From: a virus
Length of the DNA stretch: 64,000 nucleotides
Strand: one strand, 5' to 3'
IMG/VR virus record: IMGVR_UViG_3300022555_002641
Span: 1 to 64,000 of that record
The notes under the pieces are model-generated. The model was given only the letters and a program-made list of their open reading frames with translations, made no database searches and was not told the DNA's origin. Shown here piece by piece: positions 11,201 through 20,171 of this stretch; position 1 is the stretch's first letter, and each line of letters starts with the position of its first letter. The position numbers were made by a program, and so were the translations under genes.

Positions 11201-12088
11201 TCCACTATCAGTATTATATCCGTATGTTGACCCAGTTTCTCTAAATAAAATTTCATATTGATTACCAACTAATGGAAATCCTGTTGTTATTCCACTGTTA
11301 ATCCAATATCCATCATGATATATTAAAATATCACCTTCTGTAACACCAGTTAATCCAGAAACAGAACCGAATATTGCAATTTCATAATATCCATCTTCTG
11401 GAGTATTATATTGTATTTTTCCAGTTAATGGCTTAAAGGTAAAACTACCAGCTTCTATTAATTTTTCTGAAATTTCCCAAGTATTTCCAGTAGAATTCCA
11501 TGCTATTATTTGATCTGTTTTAGTTGGAGTTCCAGATAATTTTATTGTTGAAAAATAATAATTAGTCCAAGACCCAGCACTAAATAATAATAAGTCGCCA
11601 TTTTGAGGTAATACTATATTAACATCAGTTAAACCACTTAAAGATGTTACCCCACCAACGCCTGACGTTCCTGATGTTCCTGAACTGCCAGATGATCCAG
11701 ATGATCCAGATGATCCAGATGATCCTGAGCTACCTGATGTACCGTCAGTTCCTGATATTCCATCTGTTCCTGATGTTCCATCTATCCCTGATGTTCCTGA
11801 TGTTCCTGATGTTCCATCTATCCCTGATGTTCCTGATGTTCCTGAGGTTCCATCAGAACCTCCCCCACCAGTAATATCGCCTTCCATTAATACTCTTCGA
11901 ATGCTCGTTTTGCATCGTATCCATAATTTTTCATCAACCGTATTAAGAAAGAATTCTCCTTCATAAATATCACTAATCATCCATGCTGGCAAAATAGTAT
12001 GATCATTGGAAGGTGCTGTTGTAGCACTTAATGCTGGTACATCTGTTCTCTTAATTAAAAATCTTGAATATCTTGGAATTTTGGTCAT
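5216..12088 (-). CDS. Large tail-fibre-like protein (N-terminal attachment module, three internal repeats, Gly-X-Y stalks)
   Basis: 2290 aa. N-terminal RFLIKRT..EGEFFLNTVDEKLWIR; three copies of GR.G.N..D..[IV]GG.Y..PQLP..NLT..G...W..WIRI..FY[VI]D..GR; two GSS/GTS tracts. Confidence 0.75.
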   Translation of the reverse strand: MTKIPRYSRFLIKRTDVPALSATTAPSNDHTILPAWMISDIYEGEFFLNTVDEKLWIRCKTSIRRVLMEGDITGGGGSDGTSGTSGTSGIDGTSGTSGTSGIDGTSGTDGISGTDGTSGSSGSSGSSGSSGSSGSSGTSGTSGVGGVTSLSGLTDVNIVLPQNGDLLLFSAGSWTNYYFSTIKLSGTPTKTDQIIAWNSTGNTWEISEKLIEAGSFTFKPLTGKIQYNTPEDGYYEIAIFGSVSGLTGVTEGDILIYHDGYWINSGITTGFPLVGNQYEILFRETGSTYGYNTDSGFTFNNKKYLKIGNDGDPSTRIHIYGSNVSNYVSQTDISPDSAISIDGSSSSDKSLVFNEENIQKWALQTYRDEKSDYLYVYNPEANNISTVYSRSGRVGINKQFNVMNYHSQYFGGVDGALNDMNVGGWYDRLYQTLYEVSISQLSPDQFHWRKSSDFGLTWNSWSINIPVTTGDTSIEFEITISFENLTGHTVFDRWQFTAFPQLPQGTFTIAPVGYTEILITNNFNDVIPETNDITNSLSTTFSGFETCLSSITSAIYIGWHLPYNSAYFNTGINASGITLKLEYYSSSGWTEISTGYTVGALVDFTNNLTKDGKVEWDRHTLNWISYQFPGEGSGYDLYWIRITTTTQPTIAPVIDSISLNGLYRLAVYSAYMDASPAFYVDGSGRLIIGDYNHIISNTQYSKKGYLGINTVEPDDMAHIFGLDNIADSYDTMNNHLKIDGVSDGDKGIMYADNGVNKFEEYLYRNENGGYKYLYSFATHSDILVESEGGRFGINWNSNKMNSHANYLYPTQGSQNDLVVGGVYNKNIIRYYEVTITNVVTVPNKYKWRVSFDYGVTWSAYSIDMDCFNFFADIENGIQIYFKNVSGHNLYDVWRFWAFPQLPGASLSVAPDLFTEVQVLFDNTEPIPNFQDKTYNSASIFPESYVLLTGITSEAYIGSYRAFNSAYVAIETSASGVTLKIDYSTLTGWTTLGYFQNYVDQTYNLTKSGLISWDTSSMKDWASVVAITGKSSLNWIRITSTTPIIKAPTVYLIAPHGQRRFGVRAGNLDPVPSFYVDAIGRVLMGDYKRLSQSSGSVKGYVAINHEDPQDLIHIYGLDSVPDSNDDMQNNLLIDGISNGDRGIVWADDGIRKWSDYLYRNEHGEFKYSYNYESKRDLYVVSEGGRFGFNKQSNILQYHTGYLNPAFNGLDDLNIGGLYTRTYQTTYQIFISFVGVSDTFHWRKSLDYGATYSSWSIEIVCSTIPVEFDNGITAKFENITGHSLNDGWIFDAYPQLPQSTVSVSPPMFTEVLGSLNYNTTNYIDFTYYASTTFDNTNISFLTGSTIAIYVGFDSKFNDIYFNLSEPTSGATIITQYWDSNSGWTNLTVLNSDYYDETNNLTQNGRIRWEQNLILDWANHQLSGASTEENYDLYWIRIISSTTVIKAPKIITVVPHGQYRFSVYSAHLDRSPQFYIDSKGRMIETDQVTIGSTIPSDGSKFDVWNNNQLLFDIKTGGTIKLNTTTYADGFLAITGGTIFSTTGATVGNSGIIMGLIGGETGEPTGFRWTNQDSVITFNSTSRVLTILPTGATFEIYSKGVRYDLTGATITIPDITQKSYIYFDNYGKLLSGDTFDKSYIFDKVFVAATYWESVFQRLIYLGDERHGMIMDSATHYLLHYAFGTDYISGLAINNITIGDGSLDKHAAYMVHSGTIMDEDIIHIIDDHLTGFTTKIFYLTGNTIHWEIGNNKLPVLTGGTGLIVYNKNSGTTWLLKEPADNTFILYHVVATNDMLEYVHIIMGQNEYATLELATNGAQTEMANLKLEGLIVQEYTPIGTLIYQTSSGFTNSVRGRIVITNNGLNWIDWRGYRLGGFGGGGGGGGGGIGVDGSSGSSGTDGTSGSSGTSGSSGTSGTSGSSGSSGSSGTDGTSGSSGTSGSSGSSGSSGTDGTSGSSGTSGSSGSSGIDGSSGSSGSSGTDGSSGSSGSSGTDGSSGSSGTSGTSGSSGTSGTSGSSGTSGSSGSSGSSGSSGSSGTDGTSGSSGTSGTSGSSGSSGSSGTDGSSGSSGSSGTDGSSGSSGSSGTDGTSGSSGISGSSGSSGNSGTDGTSGSSGISGTDGSSGSSGSSGSDGTSGSSGSAGTSGTDGNIAGPLDNTIVTYSGVNYANTGSTLSYTLRAIDDAIVESKAITIESPGASENIVMFYAFTGITIISIEAVIMGSATPSVTINPTHTADVSAVGTAIFSSAQAITSTTTGQNFTSFSSAAITGGRFVMMTTTAQSGTVTQLHISIKYRKR
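5670..6440. repeat. Gly-X-Y coding repeat
   Basis: Same unit family as 1-1150 and 62030-63270. Confidence 0.95.
11663..11860. repeat. Short Gly-X-Y coding repeat
   Basis: cctgatgtt / ccagatgat tandem units. Confidence 0.9.
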
Positions 12089-12110
12089 TTAATAACTAAA
12101 AATATTTTAT

Positions 12111-12120
12111 CTATATATTA
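12111..12120 (-). promoter_or_regulatory. Putative phage late promoter TAATATATAG
   Basis: Representative of a motif found about 5-35 nt upstream of most structural genes. Confidence 0.6.
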
Positions 12121-12154
12121 AAAATATTTTTAGAAGAAAAATAGGACAGTATTA

Positions 12155-12769
12155 CTATATCACTGGGGTAAACAAGTTCAGTACTTCCCAATGATTAGGT
12201 GAAGCATCAATAATTACTATAGTTTGTAAATATTCCAACAAATAGTATATTACATTATCATCAAGAAATCCAACACCAGTATCTATTGAAATTATTCCTG
12301 AACCACTAATATTTTTAATATAAAGTATTTTACCACTTCCAGTAGCAATGGGAAGTTTAATAGTATATGTAGCACCACTACACCTAATGTATTGATCTGC
12401 TGTTGTTCCTGTATATTCTGATGATATATTAGTTATAATTAAATCTGAGGACCCAGAAGTGCCAGAAGTGCCTGAACTTCCATCAGTTCCAGATGTCCCT
12501 GATGTTCCTGATGTTCCTGATGTTCCAGTTCCACCACCAGTAACATCCCCATCCATGAGAATTCTTCTTATTTTTGTACTACATCTAATCCATAATTTTT
12601 CATCAACAGAATTAAGGAATAATTCACCTTCATAAATATCTGTATCTAACCATTGCGGTAATAATGTATGATCATTAAATCCACCCAAATCTGGTGCAGT
12701 TGTTGCACTTAACGTTGGAATATCTGTTCTCTTAAGAAGTATTCTGGAAAATTTTTCAATTTTTGGCAT
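12155..12769 (-). CDS. Short fibre-like protein, paralogous N-terminus to the 2290-aa fibre
   Basis: Shares SR.L.KRTD.P.LSATTAP..NDHT.LP.W..DIYEGE.FLN.VDEKLWIRC; short GTS tract; small C-terminal beta domain. Confidence 0.7.
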   Translation of the reverse strand: MPKIEKFSRILLKRTDIPTLSATTAPDLGGFNDHTLLPQWLDTDIYEGELFLNSVDEKLWIRCSTKIRRILMDGDVTGGGTGTSGTSGTSGTSGTDGSSGTSGTSGSSDLIITNISSEYTGTTADQYIRCSGATYTIKLPIATGSGKILYIKNISGSGIISIDTGVGFLDDNVIYYLLEYLQTIVIIDASPNHWEVLNLFTPVI

Positions 12770-12812
12770 TTAAAATGATTGAGAGTTATTTTTATCTATA
12801 TATTAAATTACA

Positions 12813-14906
12813 TTAACCATTTCCATCTATGATCGAATATACAAAAGGTGAACCGTCTGGTACGCCTATCACAGTATTGAGCCCAAGATCAAAGTACTCC
12901 CAATAATATGATAACGATGTATTGTAGCCACCATCCAATATATTCCAATTTAAGAAATATGAATTAAGTAATTTATCTATAGTCTTTAAATTAACTGGGA
13001 ATCTTGTCTTTCTATCACCACCAACAAATATCAATTCAATCGGCTTATAATAAAGTTGCGAATCACCATCTGTATCGTAAAGTTTAAATGTATATTCATT
13101 AGCATCATTTTCATAAATAATGCCAGTGATATTTGTACTACTTGATGATGTACCTGTTAAAATTAAAGTTTCAATCTTATCCGTTAGAACTTTTGCATAT
13201 GCACCACATATGCTACTCTTAATGTTTTGTGAGAATGGTTTGTACCAATCATATTCAATATTCATATACAATTCATAGAGTAAATCTGAAATATTTGTCA
13301 ATCCATCAATATTTTGAATCGATGTGACTGGATTTGTACCCAACCACTTGACAGGTTTTTCAATTGTTATCTCAGTATCAGTAACATTCCATATCAACGT
13401 CTTTTCTAACGAATCACCATTAACCTGAACAAATGTATATTTTCTAAATGATGATGTTAATCCAGTTGAAGCAAACGTTAATACAACCCTATGATTATCT
13501 GTATATACGGAATATATAGGAACCAACGATATGCTGTTATACATACTAAATGATGGTAAAAATAATGGAGGATTTATTTCTGCTAAACGATCATATAATT
13601 TATATTTTAAAAATTGATTTGCCGTTGTAAACGCAACGGTTATTAACCCATCAGCCACACCAAATGTTAATCCATGATAATCAAAATATTTATCAAATTT
13701 AGCTTCACGTGTATAAAACTCAAGATTATGAATAGCTCCACTTGTTGTAGCTGATAATGAATAAAAATAATTATAAGGTGTATTGTTTTGTAAATTTGTA
13801 ATAGCTTCATTCCAATTTGTTGCAATTGAATAATTTATCACTTCGAATGTCGTTGCAGATACATCTATTAACAGATTGTTTGGTAATAATTCTTCTAATC
13901 TGAACGTTGTTGATCCAGTATCTTTAATGAATACGTTATAATTTAAAAAGTTATCAGTTAATCCAGTAAACATTCTTATATTCAAATAATCGCCAGTCTT
14001 GGCATCAAATGGAGATATATACGGAAAAACAGTATATCCACCTACATTGGATATACTGGTTGTTAGTCCTGTGTAAGAATTAGAATTTGTAATACCAGTT
14101 CGAATTGAATAATCATTATGATGATAATTTATTTTGAAATAATAATTAGATACTGGGGTAGAATTATTGATGGATGTTGTAGAATTATTATACAATGCAT
14201 AATTCTCAGTTATCTGTTTTCTTGCTAAATCGTAGTCTGTAAATATAACTCTCGTTGTTATTCCTGAATTGATACTTGTATTATACAAATTATATTTAAG
14301 CAAATGCTTAACAATAAACGACCGACCTTCAATAAATACCTTTACCTCATTTGTAATTGGGAATTGTGACCCATTGTTTACCAAGTAAAATTGGCGATCA
14401 AATCCAGTTCCAAGTTTAACACCTACTGTAAATTTATATGATTTATCTCTTGTTGGTATTAAATTGGCATTAATCAAATAAAATTGAGAAGATACCCTAT
14501 ACACATCGTTCTCATATTTATTTGTTTGCCCATATAATAAAACCAAATGCCCAACTCTAAGCTTAACATTATCAAGCTTGTACCACTGCTGTCTAAGATC
14601 AATATTATCTATAGTAGCAACATCAACAAATTTGAAATTCATCATAGTATTTCGAATAACATCGTACTCATTATACATGTTAACAATACTATATCCGTCT
14701 CCAGTTAAGATGTCTTTCTTATAGATATCCTGTAAATTGTTAATGTATGAGAACGTAACACCAGTCAAATACTTATTAAACTTGAAATAAACATCACTAA
14801 CATTAATAAAACGGGTATCATTAAATTGTTCTAATCGATCCTGTTGATACCATACATTATTTGCTTTAACCCAATCAAATTTTCTTGACCAAATATCCCT
14901 TTGCAT
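12813..14906 (-). CDS. Putative virion/baseplate-associated protein
   Basis: Contains VDVATIDNIDL..DNVKL..GHLVLLYGQTNKYENDVY, resembling the ATT.NI.L..DGV.L..GDRVLVK.QT...ENGIY motif of phage tail proteins. Confidence 0.55.
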   Translation of the reverse strand: MQRDIWSRKFDWVKANNVWYQQDRLEQFNDTRFINVSDVYFKFNKYLTGVTFSYINNLQDIYKKDILTGDGYSIVNMYNEYDVIRNTMMNFKFVDVATIDNIDLRQQWYKLDNVKLRVGHLVLLYGQTNKYENDVYRVSSQFYLINANLIPTRDKSYKFTVGVKLGTGFDRQFYLVNNGSQFPITNEVKVFIEGRSFIVKHLLKYNLYNTSINSGITTRVIFTDYDLARKQITENYALYNNSTTSINNSTPVSNYYFKINYHHNDYSIRTGITNSNSYTGLTTSISNVGGYTVFPYISPFDAKTGDYLNIRMFTGLTDNFLNYNVFIKDTGSTTFRLEELLPNNLLIDVSATTFEVINYSIATNWNEAITNLQNNTPYNYFYSLSATTSGAIHNLEFYTREAKFDKYFDYHGLTFGVADGLITVAFTTANQFLKYKLYDRLAEINPPLFLPSFSMYNSISLVPIYSVYTDNHRVVLTFASTGLTSSFRKYTFVQVNGDSLEKTLIWNVTDTEITIEKPVKWLGTNPVTSIQNIDGLTNISDLLYELYMNIEYDWYKPFSQNIKSSICGAYAKVLTDKIETLILTGTSSSSTNITGIIYENDANEYTFKLYDTDGDSQLYYKPIELIFVGGDRKTRFPVNLKTIDKLLNSYFLNWNILDGGYNTSLSYYWEYFDLGLNTVIGVPDGSPFVYSIIDGNG

Positions 14907-14961
14907 TAAAACTTGTTGCTTTTTTTAGTATATATAAAAAAATAAATAACAACATTTTAAC

Positions 14962-15285
14962 GTGGAAATTTTTGATAACATAAACCAAGATGGTGAAAAT
15001 GAGGATAAGACCATCGAGTATTATATAAACGAGGTTAAAATTAATGATTGGATGATATTACCATTCAAAAATTCGATTGTAAATTTTAAAGATAGAATTG
15101 AATATAAAAAAAATGGTCTATATCACCGATTAAACGGACCAGCCATTGAATTTCATAAGGAATCTGAAAAGAATAAGTATTACTATAAAGGTGTTCTTTA
15201 CGATGATATTAAATTATGGAAGAAAGATACTCTGAAAGAATTGAGGATGCTAAAAGTAAAAAAATTAAATAAGCAGTCAGATTAA
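14962..15285 (+). CDS. Hypothetical protein with HRxNGPA motif and C-terminal RxxKVxxL tag
   Basis: NGLYHRLNGPAIEF motif common in phage and giant-virus proteins; GTG start. Confidence 0.65.
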   Translation: MEIFDNINQDGENEDKTIEYYINEVKINDWMILPFKNSIVNFKDRIEYKKNGLYHRLNGPAIEFHKESEKNKYYYKGVLYDDIKLWKKDTLKELRMLKVKKLNKQSD

Positions 15286-15450
15286 CTACTTCTCTATATC
15301 ATTTCTGCAAGATGGACAATACCATTTTTTTCTATAAAGAACCCAATTAAAATCATCAGGCTTCTCATCTTTTTCAAAAGTATCTTCGACTTTTTTACAT
15401 TTACTACAAGATATAGTATATGTGTCATCTTCATTTATTTCAGTTTTCAT
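15286..15450 (-). CDS. Small zinc-ribbon protein (54 aa), not in ORF track
   Basis: MKTEINEDDTYTISCSKCKKVEDTFEKDEKPDDFNWVLYRKKWYCPSCRNDIEK*; CxxC...CxxC; ATGA overlap with the upstream gene. Confidence 0.7.
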   Translation of the reverse strand: MKTEINEDDTYTISCSKCKKVEDTFEKDEKPDDFNWVLYRKKWYCPSCRNDIEK

Positions 15451-15713
15451 TTTCTATAAATTATACAGAACGGTTGGTTATCTGATAATTCCAAAATGTT
15501 TTGATATTTTTTACGAACTAATTCTGGGCTTTCTTTGGAATCAGATAGTGGAATTATTTTTTTAAGGAGCTTATAATTTATCTCATTAGGATCACCTTTA
15601 TAAAGAACTCTATCTATTTTGTTTTCCATTATAAAATCTATGATTTCTTCATTAAGCTGAATCTTCTTATCGTAAGTTTTAAATACTATATTTTCCTTTA
15701 GGATTAATTCCAT
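15447..15713 (-). CDS. Hypothetical protein
   Basis: 88-aa ORF with upstream promoter-like motif. Confidence 0.6.
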   Translation of the reverse strand: MELILKENIVFKTYDKKIQLNEEIIDFIMENKIDRVLYKGDPNEINYKLLKKIIPLSDSKESPELVRKKYQNILELSDNQPFCIIYRK

Positions 15714-15817
15714 GACATATATGTCTTTTTTTACATATATTAATTTATTCCTAAAAAGTTTAATTTGAATAGTAAGGATAAATTTTTAATATATAATTAA
15801 AAATGCATAAAAAATAG

Positions 15818-18800
15818 ATGAATTCTTTAATTTTTTTCAATAAAGATGGATATCCGCACAACTTTCAATATAACACCACCGAAGATCGCTGGGACGGTAA
15901 ATTAATGTTTGATGAAAACGGATCAGACACGTTTAAAACACAAAGTTTTTATATTTTTGAAGATGTACCACCAATAGATTTTGTTACAACAGCAGATATG
16001 CTAAAACTTACTTATTTCAATTATAGTGGCATAACATTCACCAAAAGCGTTCCTTATGAAAATGAGATTATTACAAACATAAAAAAAGTGAACGATTCCA
16101 ATAAATTTTATTCAAAATGGATATATGGTACTGATTTTGATAAGAAATTTTCAAAAGGTACTATCATTACATTTAGCGGAGTAACTGGTACAGGAACTAC
16201 ATTAACAGACTTTACTGATGATTTATATTTTACAGTTCTGGATAATAAGAAGAATGGTTTGCTAATTAATACAAAAACTGATAACAGCCTATTCAATTTT
16301 CAATTTTATAGTGGCATCATTAAAAAATCATTAAACGTTATTTCAGTAAATGATTATAACCAAAATTTAAGTTCATATGAATTCTTTCAAAATTTATACA
16401 AAGATAAGAAATTTTCAGTATTAAATTCGACATACAACGATACGCTTATAAACGTTACCAGAACAGGACAAACTTATTCATATATTAACGAAATAAAACT
16501 AACTGGTAAAACAAATCAAACATTCAAACTAAGAGTCGATTTTCTAACCGAAAGACCAAAACTTTATCAAGGTGATATCGTTGTATTAAATGATCTTCAC
16601 ACAAGTATAAATTATATGTGGTTTAGTAAATTGAATTCAAATTTTGAAGTTGGTAAAGAAATAATTCTTGAAGATATAAATGGAAACAAACTCATGTCTG
16701 GATACACATTTACAATTGATGAAATCGTTGATCGTGAAGAATTAGGTGAAAAGGTTTTAAAATTCAATGTTAACTATGCTACACCATACCACAAACAAGG
16801 AAAAGCAACTCTTAAAGATTACACTATAGAATATGATGGTTATATAAAATCGTTTGTGATTACAGATATTTTAGTTTTATCCGCAGTTACTTTTTCTGGT
16901 GCAACAATAGGTCCTTCAGTACTGCATGATAATAGAGAGTTTAGTGTAATAAGCACATCATATAACACAACTAACGGTAAAACAACGTTAAGAGTTCGTG
17001 GATACGTATTACCTGAAAGTGGAAATACATATAAAATTTTCAAAAAATATCAAGAAAAGCAACTTCATAGTATAAAGATTACACCAAGTGGTGGGATTGC
17101 CAATGGGCATTCCTACAGATTTAACAATGCAATTTGCTACACTACAACAACATACCTTGACTTTTCGCAAACAATATTGCAAGAAACTGGGATAACATAC
17201 TTTCATACAATTGATTCATTTATAAAAAAACATAGAAATACACTTAATAAATATGGGATCGAAGCATATTATACAGAAAAAAATAATAATAGCTATTTAA
17301 CAATAGAAGGTGATCATGGCTATACACATCCATATTTCTATGCATCTGGACTTACAAATAATGCAGCATTAATAAGCGATTTTTCAACTTCAACTCATGG
17401 AAGTACAACAAGATATGATATAATTGTTGATAACACACTATTCAGTGAACGATATTTTAAAAACGATATAAATCATCTCAGTAGAAATGCAACTGCTGAA
17501 ATTTTAATGAATCTGCAATATAATACATCAAGGTATGGATTTAGATTAACACTTAATAGTAATCAATATTACACGGAATTTACTGGAAACACTCAAACAA
17601 CTATTAATTCTTTCATAAATAATTATGGATCAATTTTCAATAGTAATGGGTTTTATATAAGTAGCGGATATAATTTTTCGCATAGCGGGTACACATTAGA
17701 TATTGCTGGTATTAATCCAGATGTTAATATTTGGAGTTTGGAAGTTTTGGTAAATATTTTATCTACATATTCAATTATAAAACATAATGAAAATAAAGGA
17801 ATAATTTTATCTGGCAATGAAATAAAAACTATCAATGATCATTATTTTGATGTTGGACTGGCTACAGGAATGATTATAAAAATAACAGGTAGCACTTATA
17901 ATGAAAACAATAAAGAATACAATATTGTCGGATTAACTGATAAAATCATACAGCTTTCATATCAAGGTGGTTTTATGAATGAATTAAATGCTAATTTAAT
18001 CTGTTCTACCAGAGAATTTATAAGAAAACCAAAGCTTTCTTACAATAAGGATATTTACTTTAAAGTTTCATGGGAGCAGCCGCATGATCCTTCAATGTTT
18101 CTGTATGATATTACTGGAAAACAATTGGAATTATATGATGGAGTTGAAGTTTTACGATATACTGGTCCTACACCATTAATCGATACTATTTCAAATAATG
18201 TTGTATTTCTAAATTCAGCACCAAATGATAATATAGAAAGAGTTAATAATCCAAAATTTCAGCAAACAGTTTTTACCGAACTTTATTATAAACTTGATCA
18301 ATTAGATTCTTCAACAAGTTATAACTGGATTCCAGAGCCATTAGAAATCTTTATGGGTTATAACGATAAATTGGAAGGTGTAAATTCTAACACCCTTAAA
18401 ATTGAAAAAATTGAAAGATTCGAAAATACGAAAATTCAATTCAATTTTTCTGGCTACACCTCACCAGGTTTTTATAGCAACAATAATTTTATTTTGACTG
18501 GAAATACATTAAGATACTTATCAACGTATTTTAATTTCTTATCATACGGATTTGAAATTGGACAGCCATTAACTCTTAATTTTATTGATCAAGTTTCAAC
18601 TGGGCAAACTATATTTGAAAATCATGGAATTTTTAAAATTGTAGATATATCAAGAGATAGATTGACTTTTGATCGAACTGGTGAAACGTTTAATACCACA
18701 GGATCAACTTATTTCTTTAATCTAATTGTTGAGCCTAAAGAAATTCTTTCATGTCCAATTTATGGTGAGACTGAAATTGAAGATTTAAGATATAAAATTA

Positions 18801-20119
18801 ACCTTAATAATCTTGGAGTTCAATTGAATGATGATACATCTATCATCTTTAAAGAAACTGATATTGAAGATAATGCAGTAGATTATAAAATCTTAAATTA
18901 TAAACGAAAAGAAATGCTATCTACATTGCATGAAATTTATGATTATATAGGATCATATAAAGGGCTGATTAATTCTATTCACTTCTTTGGCTATAATGAT
19001 CTTGAACTTTATGAATACTACAAAAATATTGATAAAGCCTCACCGCTTTATAACAAACTTCATAAGGTAAGGATTCCAGATATTTTTGATAATACAATAG
19101 AAGGTTGGAATGAGATTGACTTTATTGCTGGGAAATATCAAAATCAAAATACTTGGAAGAAAACAAATTTGTTCAATCTTACTTACCGCATAACAGATGA
19201 AGAAGGCGCAAATATTCTGATGTATTCATTGGAAGAGGTTCAATATAAACTTACCAAATTAAAAACCTGGTTGAGAAACAATATAATTCCAATTTCGTCA
19301 AACCTTTTGGATATTACAGGTGTTGCTGATACAACCCATGATTTATGGCAAGAATGGGACGAATCAAATCAAACCAAAAAATCTGTGGTAACAAGAAATT
19401 CAACAACTGTTAATTTTAACTACACGGCAACTTTGAATTTTAGTACAAACTATCTTATAACTGTTTATTTTTATGTATTATCTGGTGAAACTGGTACAAC
19501 AATGGATTTTTCAGATATTCCAGAGTCATTCACAGCCAAAATAAAAACATATTTCCTATCAGGATCAACGATGATACCAGTTCAATATCATAAATTAAGA
19601 AAAAGTGATCTTACATCATTTAGTTTTAATCTTGATAAAGAAGTCGATCCATATATATACATTGAAACAACTACATATGATAATGGCGGGTCTGGCGTAG
19701 GATTCTGTAATAACAAACTTTTCTTCTTTGATGAACCAAGAAATCATTGGCTTGTTAATCACAATTTTGATATGACACAGTTTAAGTATTGGTTAACTGA
19801 AAAGGATGAAACAATTACCAGTGTAATAACTTCCGATCTTGATACACCTATTGAAACAAATATTGAACTGATCAATCAGGAATTCTTTATTTATGATTCA
19901 GATAGCAACCTTGATATGATTAAGCCATCAGGACCTTCTAAAGTACAAGAAGTAGTCTGTATTGTTATCGATGCACAATTAACCCTTGATAAGGTATATA
20001 GAGTGTATGCACAATTTGATAGTGATATATTTTCATCTGGAAGTTGTACTATCGTAATGAATGATTCTGGAATTATGCAAGGTTATGATTCAAATTTCTT
20101 TATACCAATCTTTAGATGA
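15818..20119 (+). CDS. Large virion structural protein (possibly baseplate)
   Basis: 1433 aa, TTAATATATA upstream, [ST]GxT-rich; YIGSYKGLINSIHFFGY segment reminiscent of baseplate wedge proteins (function is inference). Confidence 0.55.
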   Translation: MNSLIFFNKDGYPHNFQYNTTEDRWDGKLMFDENGSDTFKTQSFYIFEDVPPIDFVTTADMLKLTYFNYSGITFTKSVPYENEIITNIKKVNDSNKFYSKWIYGTDFDKKFSKGTIITFSGVTGTGTTLTDFTDDLYFTVLDNKKNGLLINTKTDNSLFNFQFYSGIIKKSLNVISVNDYNQNLSSYEFFQNLYKDKKFSVLNSTYNDTLINVTRTGQTYSYINEIKLTGKTNQTFKLRVDFLTERPKLYQGDIVVLNDLHTSINYMWFSKLNSNFEVGKEIILEDINGNKLMSGYTFTIDEIVDREELGEKVLKFNVNYATPYHKQGKATLKDYTIEYDGYIKSFVITDILVLSAVTFSGATIGPSVLHDNREFSVISTSYNTTNGKTTLRVRGYVLPESGNTYKIFKKYQEKQLHSIKITPSGGIANGHSYRFNNAICYTTTTYLDFSQTILQETGITYFHTIDSFIKKHRNTLNKYGIEAYYTEKNNNSYLTIEGDHGYTHPYFYASGLTNNAALISDFSTSTHGSTTRYDIIVDNTLFSERYFKNDINHLSRNATAEILMNLQYNTSRYGFRLTLNSNQYYTEFTGNTQTTINSFINNYGSIFNSNGFYISSGYNFSHSGYTLDIAGINPDVNIWSLEVLVNILSTYSIIKHNENKGIILSGNEIKTINDHYFDVGLATGMIIKITGSTYNENNKEYNIVGLTDKIIQLSYQGGFMNELNANLICSTREFIRKPKLSYNKDIYFKVSWEQPHDPSMFLYDITGKQLELYDGVEVLRYTGPTPLIDTISNNVVFLNSAPNDNIERVNNPKFQQTVFTELYYKLDQLDSSTSYNWIPEPLEIFMGYNDKLEGVNSNTLKIEKIERFENTKIQFNFSGYTSPGFYSNNNFILTGNTLRYLSTYFNFLSYGFEIGQPLTLNFIDQVSTGQTIFENHGIFKIVDISRDRLTFDRTGETFNTTGSTYFFNLIVEPKEILSCPIYGETEIEDLRYKINLNNLGVQLNDDTSIIFKETDIEDNAVDYKILNYKRKEMLSTLHEIYDYIGSYKGLINSIHFFGYNDLELYEYYKNIDKASPLYNKLHKVRIPDIFDNTIEGWNEIDFIAGKYQNQNTWKKTNLFNLTYRITDEEGANILMYSLEEVQYKLTKLKTWLRNNIIPISSNLLDITGVADTTHDLWQEWDESNQTKKSVVTRNSTTVNFNYTATLNFSTNYLITVYFYVLSGETGTTMDFSDIPESFTAKIKTYFLSGSTMIPVQYHKLRKSDLTSFSFNLDKEVDPYIYIETTTYDNGGSGVGFCNNKLFFFDEPRNHWLVNHNFDMTQFKYWLTEKDETITSVITSDLDTPIETNIELINQEFFIYDSDSNLDMIKPSGPSKVQEVVCIVIDAQLTLDKVYRVYAQFDSDIFSSGSCTIVMNDSGIMQGYDSNFFIPIFR

Positions 20120-20171
20120 ACAACTACGTTATGTCGCATATTTATAAAAACATATTTAAATATATAATGAT

